Positions 1-9,411 of a DNA stretch of 48,143 nucleotides are shown piece after piece. Position 1 is the first letter of the stretch; every line of letters begins with the position of its first letter. A program made the position numbers and the translations under genes. Below the pieces are notes generated by a model. It was not told the DNA's origin, did not search any database, and saw only the letters and a program-made list of their open reading frames with translations. Source of the DNA: a bacterium (GTDB lineage: Bacteria; Desulfobacterota; DSWW01); assembly GCA_040756235.1 (NCBI GenBank), contig JBFLZG010000093.1, forward strand, positions 1 through 48,143, read 5' to 3'.

Positions 1-250
1 GGTTGATCTCGACCAGGGCCAGGTTGCGGTGCTGGACCAGGTCCCAACTGTCCACTTCCGGCCAGGAGTAGCCTTTCAGGTTCTCCTCGGTGTCGCTCTC
101 CTGCAGACGCACCGTGGCCCGGGTCTGTACCTTGGCCGAAATCTCCAGACTCTTCTTGTCGTCGATGAACAGAGTCTCACCTTGCGTCACCAGTCCCAAC
201 AGCAAGAAGACGCAAAGACCACCGGCCAGCACCCACCTTTTCTTCTCCAT
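1..250 (-). CDS. N-terminal part of an exported protein, probably DUF1302-family outer-membrane protein (runs off the window)
   Basis: Not in the ORF track. ATG at 250 after a G-rich RBS; reads MEKKRWVLAGGLCVFLLLGLVTQGETLFIDDKKSLEISAKVQTRATVRLQ...DLVQHRNLALVEIN with a signal peptide. Its position after RND and YCF48 genes fits the recurrent DUF1302/DUF1329/YCF48/RND cluster. Confidence 0.65.
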   Translation of the reverse strand, partial: MEKKRWVLAGGLCVFLLLGLVTQGETLFIDDKKSLEISAKVQTRATVRLQESDTEENLKGYSWPEVDSWDLVQHRNLALVEIN

Positions 251-307
251 CGTTCCCCCCCCTTGGTTGACGCATTAAAGAAGAAAGCCATTTGGGTCAT
301 CGGACGT

Positions 308-2647
308 TCAGGCTTGCCGTGCCACAGACACGAAGGACGGCTTGAAGATGGTCACCAGAGACGGAATGAGCACGAGGGCCGCCGCCATGTTGAGGAACAT
401 GAGGAGGCCGAGCAGAAGCCCCATCTCGGCCTGGAACTTCAGGTCCACGAAGAACCAGAAGATCACGCCCACGATCAGGGTGGTGGCCGTGAAGATGATC
501 GCCTTGCCCGTGGTCTCGACCGCGCGCCGGTTGGCCTGGTTGTAGTCGCCCGAGCGTTCGTATTCCTCCTTGATCCGCGAGAGCAGGTAGATGCCGTAGT
601 CGATCCCGATGCCGATGGCCGTCGTGGCCACGGGCAGGGAGTTGATGTTCATGTCGATCCCGTAGACCAGCATGAATACCGAAGACAGGATCTGGGAGAC
701 GGTGAGCGGTATGAGGAGGATGAAGCAGGCCATGAGGTTGCGGTAGGTCACCAGGAGGGTGGCGAAGACCACCGCGAAGGCGAGCCCCATCGCCAGCCAG
801 TAGGAGTACTCCACCTCTTCGTTCACGGCGGCCAGGATCCCCAGGAGTCCTCCGGCCAGCCGGAAGCGGACCTTCTCGACCGGGTGGGCGTCGATAAACT
901 CCTTGGCCTTGGCGATCGACTGAGTGATCAGCTCGTTGTTGTAGTCTTTGTAAAAGCAGGTGATGGTGGCGTTGGTCCACGAGTAGTCGACCCAGCGGTC
1001 CATCTCGCCCGGGGACGTGTTCGAAGCGATCAGGAACCCGATCTGCCCCAGGTGCTTCGGGTCCTCCGGGATCATCTCCCATTTGGGATTGCCTTCGTGG
1101 AACATGCGGAAGATCCGCTTGATCATGTTGGTGAAGGTGAGGGTGCCGCCGGCCCCTGCCTCGGTCTCCATGAAGCGCTGGAAATCCTCCATGGCCTCGA
1201 GGGTGCGGAAATCCTTGATCGCGCCCTGCTCCTTGCCCTCGGCGATGATGACGAGCTGGGTGGCTCCTACGAACTTCTGGTTGAAGAAGCGGAACGCTTC
1301 GTTATAAGGGTGGTCCGGGAACAGGAGCGCCGCCCCCGCCTCGGTGTCTCCCACCTTGAGCTTGAGGGAGTAGTAGCCGCCGAGAATGAAGATCAGGACT
1401 ACCACGACGAGGACCCCCCAGCGGGCGTTGCTCAGGGAAGGCTTGACCAGGAGACGGGCCAGAGCGTTGTAGAAGCGGCCCTTGTACTCGTGCTCGATCT
1501 TTCCTTTCTTGGGGGCGCGCAGGAACGAGAGCACGATCGGGTTCAAGGTCACCACGCTCACGAACACCGTGACGAGCCAGAAGGAGCAGAAGATGGCCAG
1601 CTTGCGCATGAGCGGGATGGTGGCAACGGCGATCGTCAGGATGCCCATCCCGTCCGTGAAGATCGAAGCGGAGGCCGGGGCGAAGAAGCTGCGGTAGGCG
1701 CTGTGGATCGCCGGGATCTTGTCGCCGATCTTCTCGTATTCCTGGTGGTACCAGCTCATCGACTGGACCGAATGGCTCAGGGCCGTGGCGCTCATCAGGA
1801 TCGGCACCACCATGACCAGCGGATCCAGGGCAAAGCCGAAGAGAGAGGCGAACCCGAGCCCCCAGATGGCGCTGATCACGACTGAAAGGACGGGCAGGAA
1901 GACGCCCTGCCAGGTACGGAAGTAAAAAATCAGGAGCCCGATCATCACGATCACGGTGGCCGCAAAGACCCGGTAGACCTGTGGCGCGTAATGGTAGATG
2001 TGGGCGTATAGGGCTGGATACCCCGTAAAGAAGACGTTCGTGTTGGCGTCGGCTTCGGCGGCCTCGATCTCCTTCAGCCGATCGTAGAGCTTGATCGGGT
2101 CCACCCCCTCTTCCCAGAACCCGGCCATGATCGATGCGGCCTTGTCATCGGGAGACACGAAGAAGCCGCGGATGCCTTCGTTGGAATAGACCGCCATGCG
2201 GATGCGGTTGAGATCCGCCTCGTCTTGCGGCAGCTGGGGCCACATGACGGGCCGGATCTGGATGCCCCAACTGGTCACCTGCACGTTCTTGAGCTTCGGG
2301 TGAGTGAGCGAGATCACCTGCAGGGCATTGCAGCCTTCGGTGGCGAGCAGGGACTGGGTGATCCGATTGATCTTGTTTACGGTATCGAGGGTGTAGATGT
2401 CCCCGTCCTTCACCTCCACCGCGCAGACCAGAACGTTGGCGGAGCCGAACATCTTGCGGTACTGTTTGTAAAGCTTGATGTACTCGTGCCGCGGGGGATA
2501 CAGGGAGAAGAAATCGGTGGCGATCTTCAGACGGTAAACACGATAGCAGAAGAAAGCGGTGATCAAGGCGACGACGGTCAGCAGGAACACCCTATGACGC
2601 AAAATGAAGGACACGTAGCGCTCGACAATGCTTGGTCGCTCGGCCAT
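308..2647 (-). CDS. RND superfamily / MMPL-type transporter
   Basis: 779 aa with a duplicated (1 TM + large loop + 5 TM) pattern and a GIGIDYGIY motif. Confidence 0.92.
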   Translation of the reverse strand: MAERPSIVERYVSFILRHRVFLLTVVALITAFFCYRVYRLKIATDFFSLYPPRHEYIKLYKQYRKMFGSANVLVCAVEVKDGDIYTLDTVNKINRITQSLLATEGCNALQVISLTHPKLKNVQVTSWGIQIRPVMWPQLPQDEADLNRIRMAVYSNEGIRGFFVSPDDKAASIMAGFWEEGVDPIKLYDRLKEIEAAEADANTNVFFTGYPALYAHIYHYAPQVYRVFAATVIVMIGLLIFYFRTWQGVFLPVLSVVISAIWGLGFASLFGFALDPLVMVVPILMSATALSHSVQSMSWYHQEYEKIGDKIPAIHSAYRSFFAPASASIFTDGMGILTIAVATIPLMRKLAIFCSFWLVTVFVSVVTLNPIVLSFLRAPKKGKIEHEYKGRFYNALARLLVKPSLSNARWGVLVVVVLIFILGGYYSLKLKVGDTEAGAALLFPDHPYNEAFRFFNQKFVGATQLVIIAEGKEQGAIKDFRTLEAMEDFQRFMETEAGAGGTLTFTNMIKRIFRMFHEGNPKWEMIPEDPKHLGQIGFLIASNTSPGEMDRWVDYSWTNATITCFYKDYNNELITQSIAKAKEFIDAHPVEKVRFRLAGGLLGILAAVNEEVEYSYWLAMGLAFAVVFATLLVTYRNLMACFILLIPLTVSQILSSVFMLVYGIDMNINSLPVATTAIGIGIDYGIYLLSRIKEEYERSGDYNQANRRAVETTGKAIIFTATTLIVGVIFWFFVDLKFQAEMGLLLGLLMFLNMAAALVLIPSLVTIFKPSFVSVARQA

Positions 2648-2671
2648 GGATGCAAGCCCCCTTGAGAAGCG

Positions 2672-3661
2672 TTACCAGACGAGTTGCCCATCCCGGATAC
2701 CCACGTAAATCCCGTTGGCCCCGGCTCCGAAGCCCAGCGGCTGGCTCGCATTTGCGAGATTGACGCTGCCGATCCAGAAGAGACGCTTCTTGGCCGGCAC
2801 GTCCAGGGCCTGCCAGGTCGCTCCTCCGTCCGTGGAGTGCAGGACCGTGCCCACGTCCCCGACCGCCCAGCCCTCGCTGCCGTGGACCGCGATCCCGTAG
2901 ATGGGCTCCGTAACTCCCGTGTCCACCGCCTGCCAGGTCTGGCCCTTGTCGCGACTGTAGACGAGGGCGCCATCGAGACCTGCAGCGAAAAAGCTCCCTT
3001 TCTGCTCATACAGGCAGAACAAGGAGGACTCCAGGGGAGATTCCGCATTCTCCCACGTTCGGCCTGCGTCCGCGGTGCGGAAGATGCGGCCGAACTCGCC
3101 GACGGCAACTCCTGTCCCGTCCTCGGCGAGGCGCACGGCGTAGAGAATCACGTCCTCGGGCAAGGAGGCCTCCTGCCAGTTCGCTCCGCCGTCGGAGGTC
3201 GCGAGCACCTGTCCCCAGTCCCCCACCGCGCAGCCCTGCTGCGCATTGGCGAAGTCGATTCCGAGGAGGTGCTTCTGGGTCTTGCTGTCCTGCTTCGTCC
3301 AGGTCAGGCCTCCGTCGGAAGTGGTCATGATGAGACCGGTCTTGCCGCACATCCAACCCTTCTTGTCATCCACGAAGTCCACGGAGAAAAAGGGCTCTCG
3401 CACGCCGCTCGCGATTTCCCGCCAGCTCTTGCCCCCATCCTCGCTCCGAAAGATCTTGCCGCGGTCCCCTGCCAGGAGGAAAACATCGTTAGAGATCATG
3501 GCCGAGCAGAAAATATTCTCTCGGATTTCGGAGGTCTGCAGGGCCGGGCCTGCTTGCTCGCCGTAGGACGCCGCGGGCAGCGCCAGCGCTGCCAGGCACC
3601 AGAAGCCGATGCCCGTCCATACCCATTGAAGGAACCTCTGCACAATCATTTCAGCCCCCAT
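2672..3661 (-). CDS. YCF48-related BNR/Asp-box beta-propeller protein, exported
   Basis: Signal peptide and repeated SxDGGxxW Asp boxes (SEDGGKSW, TSDGGLTW, TSDGGANW, STDGGATW). Confidence 0.9.
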   Translation of the reverse strand: MGAEMIVQRFLQWVWTGIGFWCLAALALPAASYGEQAGPALQTSEIRENIFCSAMISNDVFLLAGDRGKIFRSEDGGKSWREIASGVREPFFSVDFVDDKKGWMCGKTGLIMTTSDGGLTWTKQDSKTQKHLLGIDFANAQQGCAVGDWGQVLATSDGGANWQEASLPEDVILYAVRLAEDGTGVAVGEFGRIFRTADAGRTWENAESPLESSLFCLYEQKGSFFAAGLDGALVYSRDKGQTWQAVDTGVTEPIYGIAVHGSEGWAVGDVGTVLHSTDGGATWQALDVPAKKRLFWIGSVNLANASQPLGFGAGANGIYVGIRDGQLVW

Positions 3662-3696
3662 CTGCTTGAAGAGACTCCAAGACCGAAGATTTTTTC

Positions 3697-3726
3697 TCTA
3701 TACCATCAACGGGTTCACGATATCAA
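3697..3726 (-). promoter_or_regulatory. Putative sigma70 promoter for YCF48-RND-DUF1302
   Basis: Minus strand TTGATA-N18-TATAGA with a TGn extension, in an AT-rich intergenic gap. Confidence 0.4.
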
Positions 3727-3747
3727 CACATTTTTTGGCAAAGATGG

Positions 3748-5121
3748 CTATTTCTTCTCGTAAAGCTTCTCCAGGAACTGGGTCTTCTTGGTGGCTCTCT
3801 GGAGCGCATACGGTTTGAGCCAGGTGATGGCCGGCCGGATCTTGATCTCGCCGTGCATCTTTGCCAGGAGCTCCTTCTCCAGCAGAGGGAGGTCCCCCTC
3901 GCGGACGCCTTCTCCGGCCTCGATCTTGAGCTTGAGCGGAGGGACGACGCGGGGAGGCGGTTCGTCCAGGACGATGCGGAAGGCGCCGGTCAGGCGCGGC
4001 ACAAAGGACTGGATGACCCCCTCGATCGCAGCCGGATAGATCGGGACGCCCTTGACCTTCAGCATGTCGTCCGCGCGCCCCACGATCTTGTACCGGAACC
4101 CGCTCAGGCCGCAGGGGCATGGCTCGGTGAAGACCTGGTGAATGTCGTTGAGCGTGAATCGGAGGTTGAAGAAGAAGAGCGGGTGCTCCGGCTCGAGGGG
4201 GGTGAAGACCGCCAGGCCGGTTGCGCCGTTCTCCACGGGCACGGGCTCGTGGGTCTCGGGGTCCACGAGCTCGTAGTAGCAGTAATCGTCGGCCACCCAG
4301 TGCATGCCCTGGTACACCGGATGGTCGCAGGAGCATCCGTAGCCGGCGCCCGCGTCGAACAGCCTGGCCCCGTATTCCGATTCCAGCCGCTGGCGCACCT
4401 CCGGGATGCCGGCTCCCGGTTCGGCCCCGCACAGGAGGATCTTGAGCCCGAGCGAGCGGACCGGCTCCCCGAGCACGTCCGGCGCGCGCTCGATCAGGTG
4501 CAGGGCCAGGGAAGGAGTGCCGCAGAATACGGTGACCTTGAACAGCTTCAGGAACTTGAGGATCCGCTCGGTGCCCGCCTCGGCCCCGATCGGAATCACG
4601 GTGATCCCGGGCAGCTTCTGGTACCAGAACAGGGTCGGGGTGCCGGCGGCATGCATGCTCAAACCGAAGCAGAGCCCGAGCCGGTCGCCCGGACGAATGC
4701 CGACGCGCCAGCCGATCCGGCCGAAGATGTCCGCCTGCCTGGGGATGGCCTTCCGGAAGATGGGATAAGGGGTGGGGATGCCCGTGGTGCCGGACGTGGT
4801 CGTGAGGAGATAGAGATCGCGCAAGCGTTCCTCGCCGAACAGGGCCTCGAAGAAGCGGTCCATGTCCGTGCCGGTTTCTTCGATGAGCTCCCGGAACTGC
4901 GCCTGCCCGGCGATGGGGATGGAGCGGTGAAAATCGTCGAAGCTCGTGATGTCCTCCGGCTTGACGCCCGCCTTCTCCATGCGTCTGCGATCGAAAGGGA
5001 CTTTCTCGTAGAAGTACGTGAGGGTCTGCTTGAGCTTGGGCCACTGGATCTGCCGCATCCGGGGAGTGTTGAGCAGAGGCTCGACCTCCATGTCGAAGTA
5101 CTTCCTCTCCGTCTGTTCCAT
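3748..5121 (-). CDS. Phenylacetate-CoA ligase family (PaaK-like) acyl/aryl-CoA ligase
   Basis: TTSGTTG P-loop, GAEPG, GRADDMLKVKGV, and C-terminal catalytic Lys region (ATKK). Confidence 0.9.
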   Translation of the reverse strand: MEQTERKYFDMEVEPLLNTPRMRQIQWPKLKQTLTYFYEKVPFDRRRMEKAGVKPEDITSFDDFHRSIPIAGQAQFRELIEETGTDMDRFFEALFGEERLRDLYLLTTTSGTTGIPTPYPIFRKAIPRQADIFGRIGWRVGIRPGDRLGLCFGLSMHAAGTPTLFWYQKLPGITVIPIGAEAGTERILKFLKLFKVTVFCGTPSLALHLIERAPDVLGEPVRSLGLKILLCGAEPGAGIPEVRQRLESEYGARLFDAGAGYGCSCDHPVYQGMHWVADDYCYYELVDPETHEPVPVENGATGLAVFTPLEPEHPLFFFNLRFTLNDIHQVFTEPCPCGLSGFRYKIVGRADDMLKVKGVPIYPAAIEGVIQSFVPRLTGAFRIVLDEPPPRVVPPLKLKIEAGEGVREGDLPLLEKELLAKMHGEIKIRPAITWLKPYALQRATKKTQFLEKLYEKK

Positions 5122-5174
5122 GTGAACGCTCCCGATCTTCTGCCGTGGCTATAGGGGCGAAAAATCTTTCGCCC

Positions 5175-6398
5175 CTATATTTTGAACACGTGCAGGGTCA
5201 TGGACGAGGCATCGATGCCCAGGATGCCTCCTCCGTTGTGGGTCATTCCGGTCTTGGGGCCGCTCACCTGGCGGGGACCTGCCTCGCCGCGAAGCTGTTT
5301 GACGATCTCATAGATCTGCGCGCAGCCGGTGGCGCCCACCGGGTGCCCTTTGGTCACCAGGCCGCCGGAGGGGTTGCAGGGCATGCGGCCGTCGATCTCC
5401 AGGAGCCTTTCATCGATCCATCTCGGGGATTCCTCGCCAGGGCAGATCCCGAGCTCGATGAGGTCCATGATCTCGGCAGGCGAAGTGGCGTCGTGCACTT
5501 CGATCACGTCGACGTCCTGCGGGCCGATCCCGGCCGCCTCGTAAGCCTTGGGGGCCAGCCTGCGGGTCAGGGTGTTGTCCGGATCGGTTCCGATGACCCC
5601 GCTCCCGACGACCGAAGCCGCCACCCAGACCGGCCGCGTCGTATGCCGCGCGGCGAAGGACCGGGTGCAGAGAAGGGCCGCGGCAGCTCCGTCTCCGATG
5701 GGCGCACACATCATGCGGGTGAGCGGAAAGGCCACGTCGCCGGAGCGCAGGACCTCTTCGAGGGTCACCTCCTTGCGGTACTGGGCGTGCGGGTTCAGGG
5801 AGCCGTTGCGGTGGGCGCGGACGGAAATCTTGGCAAAGTGTTCCTGCGTGAGGCCGTAGCGGTCCATGTAGCGTCGCGTGAGGAAGGCGTACATGTCCAT
5901 GAAGATGCTGCGCTTCTCACCGCTGCCCGCGCGCAGGATCCGGTCCCCCGGGGACGCTTGCTCTTCCACCTGACGGAAGTAAGTGAGGCACATCTCCAGA
6001 TCCACGGCCGTTCCGAGGGCCTGGAAGGATTTCCGCTTGTCCGCGTCATAGAGCTTCTCGAACCCGGCCACCAGAACGGCGTCGTACAGCCCGCCCGCCA
6101 CGGCCGCGTAGCCGAGATGGAAAGCGGCGGAAGAGCTCGCGCAGGCGCTCTCCACGTTGAAGATCGGGATGTCCTGGATGCCCATGGCGCTCAGCGTCAC
6201 CTGGCCCCGGATCATCTCCTGACCCGTCATCAGGCCGGCCACGGCGTTCCCCACGTAGGCCGCCTGGATGTCGCTCTTCTCGACCTGCGCGTCTCGGAGG
6301 GCTTCCTCGACGGACTCTCGAACGAGATCCTTGATTCCCTTCTCGAGAAACTTCCCGAAGCGGGTCATTCCCACGCCGATCACGGCTACCTCTCGCAT
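5175..6398 (-). CDS. Thiolase, SCP2/SCP-x type
   Basis: VIGVGMTRFGK, NVESACASS (catalytic Cys), EVHDA, GHPVGATG, HNGGG. Confidence 0.92.
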   Translation of the reverse strand: MREVAVIGVGMTRFGKFLEKGIKDLVRESVEEALRDAQVEKSDIQAAYVGNAVAGLMTGQEMIRGQVTLSAMGIQDIPIFNVESACASSSAAFHLGYAAVAGGLYDAVLVAGFEKLYDADKRKSFQALGTAVDLEMCLTYFRQVEEQASPGDRILRAGSGEKRSIFMDMYAFLTRRYMDRYGLTQEHFAKISVRAHRNGSLNPHAQYRKEVTLEEVLRSGDVAFPLTRMMCAPIGDGAAAALLCTRSFAARHTTRPVWVAASVVGSGVIGTDPDNTLTRRLAPKAYEAAGIGPQDVDVIEVHDATSPAEIMDLIELGICPGEESPRWIDERLLEIDGRMPCNPSGGLVTKGHPVGATGCAQIYEIVKQLRGEAGPRQVSGPKTGMTHNGGGILGIDASSMTLHVFKI

Positions 6399-6416
6399 CG
6401 CAGTCGCACCTCCTCT

Positions 6417-6548
6417 GCAGGTATCAGGTGTCAGGTTTCAGGCCTCCTCCATCCATCCCCGCCCGGCGTACTTCGAGGCTCCCATCGGGCACTGTTTCGG
6501 TTTGCGGGTCTCGTGACTGCCGAAACCTGAAACCCGACACCCGAAACC
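6417..6548. repeat. Inverted pair of 7-bp tandem repeats
   Basis: GCAGGTA-TCAGGTG-TCAGGTT-TCAGGCC (6417-6444) faces GCCGAAA-CCTGAAA-CCCGACA-CCCGAAA (6519-6546). Confidence 0.7.
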
Positions 6549-6554
6549 ATCTTC

Positions 6555-7607
6555 TCACTTGACCTTCTTCTTGGCTGCCGCCACCGCCCGGTTCAGGGAC
6601 CGCCCGTCCGGGAACGGCTGCGCGTAGTCCTTTCTCTCGATCAGAGAGAGCGCTCGTTCCGCGCACGCAGAGACGCAGAGGCCGCACCCGTAGCATCTTC
6701 TCTCTTCGAATCTCATGACCGTACCTTCCAACTCCAGCGCGCCGAACCGGCAGCGGTCGGCGCACAGCCCGCAGCCGATGCAGCGCTCGCGATCGAGCCT
6801 CGCCACCAGGCGCGAGGCGGCGAGGGTGTCGGGAAGGTGAAACTGGGTAATGCCGCGGAGCATGAAGCAGCAGCAGGGACAGCAGTTACAGATGAAAGGC
6901 GAGCGCGTCGCGTTGTTCACCGTATGGACGAGGCATGCCTCCTCGGCTCTGAGAAGCGCGTCCCGGGCTTCTTCCACACCGACCCTGCGGGCCAGTCCGC
7001 GGTCGGTGAGGAACTCGGCCCAGGTGTCGAGCAGAATGCAGACGTCCAGAGGGGCATCGCAGTTGCCGCTCGAGAACCGGCACTGGCAGCGGCCCAGAGC
7101 CAGAGAGCGCGCCGTACCGATGAGCCAGGTGCAGCGCTCGAAATCCATGACCTCGGCCGTGGGCGGGATCTGCTTCTCGACCGGGAGCACGCGGCAGAGT
7201 GAGATTCCGGACGCGTGCATCTGCCTGCCGAGCTCGCGCGTGTAGTATCGGTTCCACAGCCGCCCCATCCGATCGGCCGCGGGGGTGTGCTCTCCCTTCA
7301 TGAGGGAGAACTCGAAGAAGCCGGGCATGGGCGGCAGGAGGGCGTAGCGGGCCTTGCCGTCCCTGTTCGTGCACAGGATGGCTCCCTTGTCCGCCATGGA
7401 TTCGAGGCGCTTCACGGCCAGGCTCGGCGTGACCCCGGCCCGCCGGGCGATCTCCGTGGCCTCCTCGAGCTCGAACCGCATGGAGAGGGCTAGGGCAGCC
7501 TCGCCGGGCTCGAGCAGCTCCCGCAGGATCTCCAGGAGATCCTCACTTTCGGGCGCTCCCATGGCGTGGAGATCGAGCACCTTCTGCAGCTTACGATAGA
7601 CTTCCAC
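6555..7607 (-). CDS. Multi-[4Fe-4S] ferredoxin-domain protein with N-terminal HTH-like region
   Basis: CQC, CNCCPCCC, CIGCGLCADRC and CYGCGLCVSAC. Start moved to GTG 7607 (GGAGG RBS) because the ORF-track ATG lies inside a repeat element. Confidence 0.85.
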   Translation of the reverse strand: MEVYRKLQKVLDLHAMGAPESEDLLEILRELLEPGEAALALSMRFELEEATEIARRAGVTPSLAVKRLESMADKGAILCTNRDGKARYALLPPMPGFFEFSLMKGEHTPAADRMGRLWNRYYTRELGRQMHASGISLCRVLPVEKQIPPTAEVMDFERCTWLIGTARSLALGRCQCRFSSGNCDAPLDVCILLDTWAEFLTDRGLARRVGVEEARDALLRAEEACLVHTVNNATRSPFICNCCPCCCFMLRGITQFHLPDTLAASRLVARLDRERCIGCGLCADRCRFGALELEGTVMRFEERRCYGCGLCVSACAERALSLIERKDYAQPFPDGRSLNRAVAAAKKKVK

Positions 7608-7617
7608 TTCTCCTCCG

Positions 7618-7771
7618 AGAGGCTGTCGATAAACGCCCATCTGCGGCGTTGCGCTCATTCCTCGTCATTGCGGCGTACTGCCATGTACGCCTCATTCCTC
7701 GGAATTTCGCGCGCCTTGCATCTGGGCATTTCTCAACAGCCTCTTAAAGAGGGTGTGCTTCGACACCCTCT
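7618..7771 (-). mobile_element. Structured miniature repeat element, copy A (core 7618-7744) plus satellite hairpin (7748-7771)
   Basis: AGAGGCTGT...ACAGCCTCT termini, central GGCGTAC/GTACGCC hairpin, 127-bp core colinear with copy D; satellite AGAGGGTGT-GCTTCG-ACACCCTCT. Confidence 0.85.
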
Positions 7772-7894
7772 CCGGGAGGGCGGACGCCGCGCCGGCGCCT
7801 CCCCGGGCCGAAGCGTCTGCCCGGCTTCAGCCTCGCGCCTCAGGTGTCAGGCTGCGCTCGGCCCGGCCGGCGGACACTCGCATCGGCTCTCCAC

Positions 7895-9190
7895 CTACTT
7901 GCAAAGCTTCTGGAAGCCTCCCATGGAGTAATCGTTGCGATCCTGGACCGCGTACCAGACCCACTGGTTCCTGGGGCTGCAGTCTTCGATGATCGTGCCG
8001 TGGTCGGTGCGGTCGTCGACCGCCATCTGGGTCGCAAGGGTGACCCAGCGCATCTTCTTGTCCGGGCTCTCGAAGGCGCCCTGAGAGATCCAGAAGGTCT
8101 TCCAGTACTGGCCGGCCCGGTCGTGAATGATCTTGAACGTGTTGAAGTAGGTCTGGGCGTCGACCCACATGTATTGCTTGCCGTAGTTGTAGTAAGGGTC
8201 CTTGGGGTTCATCTCCAGGACGTAAGCGGGCCGCTTGACCCAGACGATGTTCGTGGGGAACCAGGCTGCCCCCGTGTACCCCTCCTTCTGGTGGCCGAAG
8301 ACGACCGGCTTGATCGTCTTGGTCGTCTGCCACTCGCCGGCGTCGTTCTTCTCCAAGGGCTGAGGATTCGCGTCCAACCAGGGAAGCAGGGCCTCCTGCT
8401 TGCGCAGGAGCTTCCAGGTGAAGGCGGCGACCTTGCCGTCAAAGCACCAGGCGTCGTCCACGCAGGCGTCCGTGCCGACGAAGGCGTCCGAACGGTTGGC
8501 CGGGCTCATGCGGCGCACCCGCCGGATCGCAGGGATGTAGCCGAACGAGCTGTCCGGCCGCTTGTCGCGGTAGCGCCAGAGAAGGATGTTCGTGCCGGCG
8601 ATGTCGAACGGTTCGATCACGCGAATGATCGAGTAGCGTTCGATCCCTTCCGGGTTCTTTTCCTTGCGGGCTTCCGGATACCCATCCAGCGGGTACTGGA
8701 GCCACTCGCAGCGCATCTCCCGCTCGACCCCCTTCTCCCGATCCAACCAGATGCCGTAGAAAGGAAACCGGACGTTGCCCTGGCCGTAAGTGTAATAGAT
8801 CTTGTTGTACATGATCTTGTCGGCCGCCTTGGGATCGGCGATGTCCACCCTGGGGAAGGGAATGCCTTCGACGAAGTCCGGGAGCTTGCCAGTTGCGACA
8901 TCGAGGAGGACGCCGTCCTGGTCCACGTCGTATTTGCCGACGTTGGTCTCCATGTTGTCCTTGGCCGCCGTCGGCCAGAATTCCTCGGGACGGAAGCTCA
9001 GTTCCCCGACGTTCAGCACGTCGCCGTTCTTCACCCACTCGAGCACGGGCTCGGGCAGCAGCCCTTCCGCTCTCTGCCAGTTCGACTTGTCGAGCACGTC
9101 GCCTTTGGCGACGTCGGCATGGGCAAGCGGTGCCAGGTAAGAAAGCGCGCAGAGACTCAGTGCCAGGATCGCAGAGACTTTCGTGTTCAT
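7895..9190 (-). CDS. DUF1329-family exported protein
   Basis: Start moved to ATG 9190 (GAGGAGG RBS, signal peptide ending AHA). Contains GIPFP, YIPAIRRVRRMSPANRSD, PKDPYYNYGK and DRAGQYWK. Confidence 0.85.
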   Translation of the reverse strand: MNTKVSAILALSLCALSYLAPLAHADVAKGDVLDKSNWQRAEGLLPEPVLEWVKNGDVLNVGELSFRPEEFWPTAAKDNMETNVGKYDVDQDGVLLDVATGKLPDFVEGIPFPRVDIADPKAADKIMYNKIYYTYGQGNVRFPFYGIWLDREKGVEREMRCEWLQYPLDGYPEARKEKNPEGIERYSIIRVIEPFDIAGTNILLWRYRDKRPDSSFGYIPAIRRVRRMSPANRSDAFVGTDACVDDAWCFDGKVAAFTWKLLRKQEALLPWLDANPQPLEKNDAGEWQTTKTIKPVVFGHQKEGYTGAAWFPTNIVWVKRPAYVLEMNPKDPYYNYGKQYMWVDAQTYFNTFKIIHDRAGQYWKTFWISQGAFESPDKKMRWVTLATQMAVDDRTDHGTIIEDCSPRNQWVWYAVQDRNDYSMGGFQKLCK

Positions 9191-9222
9191 CGTTCTTCTC
9201 TCCTCCTCGTGCCGTGCTTCTG

Positions 9223-9411
9223 GGAGCCTGTCCCAGAATTCGGCTCCGGGAGGCTGTTCAGAAATGTCCAGATGCAAGGCGCGCGCAATCCTGAGGAATG
9301 AGGCGTAGTCGGGAGTCCCCGTGGACCCCGGCCTTCGCCGGGGCGGGCTCCCCCAGCCTCCCTCCCCATGAGCGCAACGCAGCAGATGGGCATTTATGGA
9401 CAGCCTCCTAG
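9223..9411 (+). mobile_element. Structured miniature repeat element, copy B (core 9249-9408) plus satellite hairpin (9223-9247)
   Basis: GGAGGCTGT...ACAGCCTCC termini, ending at CTAG. The centre is replaced by sequence containing CCCCGGCCTTCGCCGGGGCGGGCT. Confidence 0.85.

Noticed and set aside
29..1885. 618-aa plus-strand ORF and similar long ORFs (7844-9301, 9396-10859, 10914-12584, 21030-22730, 22609-25107, 29756-31348, 34155-35990, 37212-38636, 39853-41370)
   Set aside because: Antisense shadows of well-supported genes in GC-rich DNA; no recognisable motifs.
7566..7931. Short ORFs built from repeat sequence (also 44037-44501, 44213-44473, 44328-44510, 45864-46433, 36683-37270)
   Set aside because: They are translations of the palindromic elements; the same peptides (RALHLxIS, SATPQM) recur wherever the element occurs.
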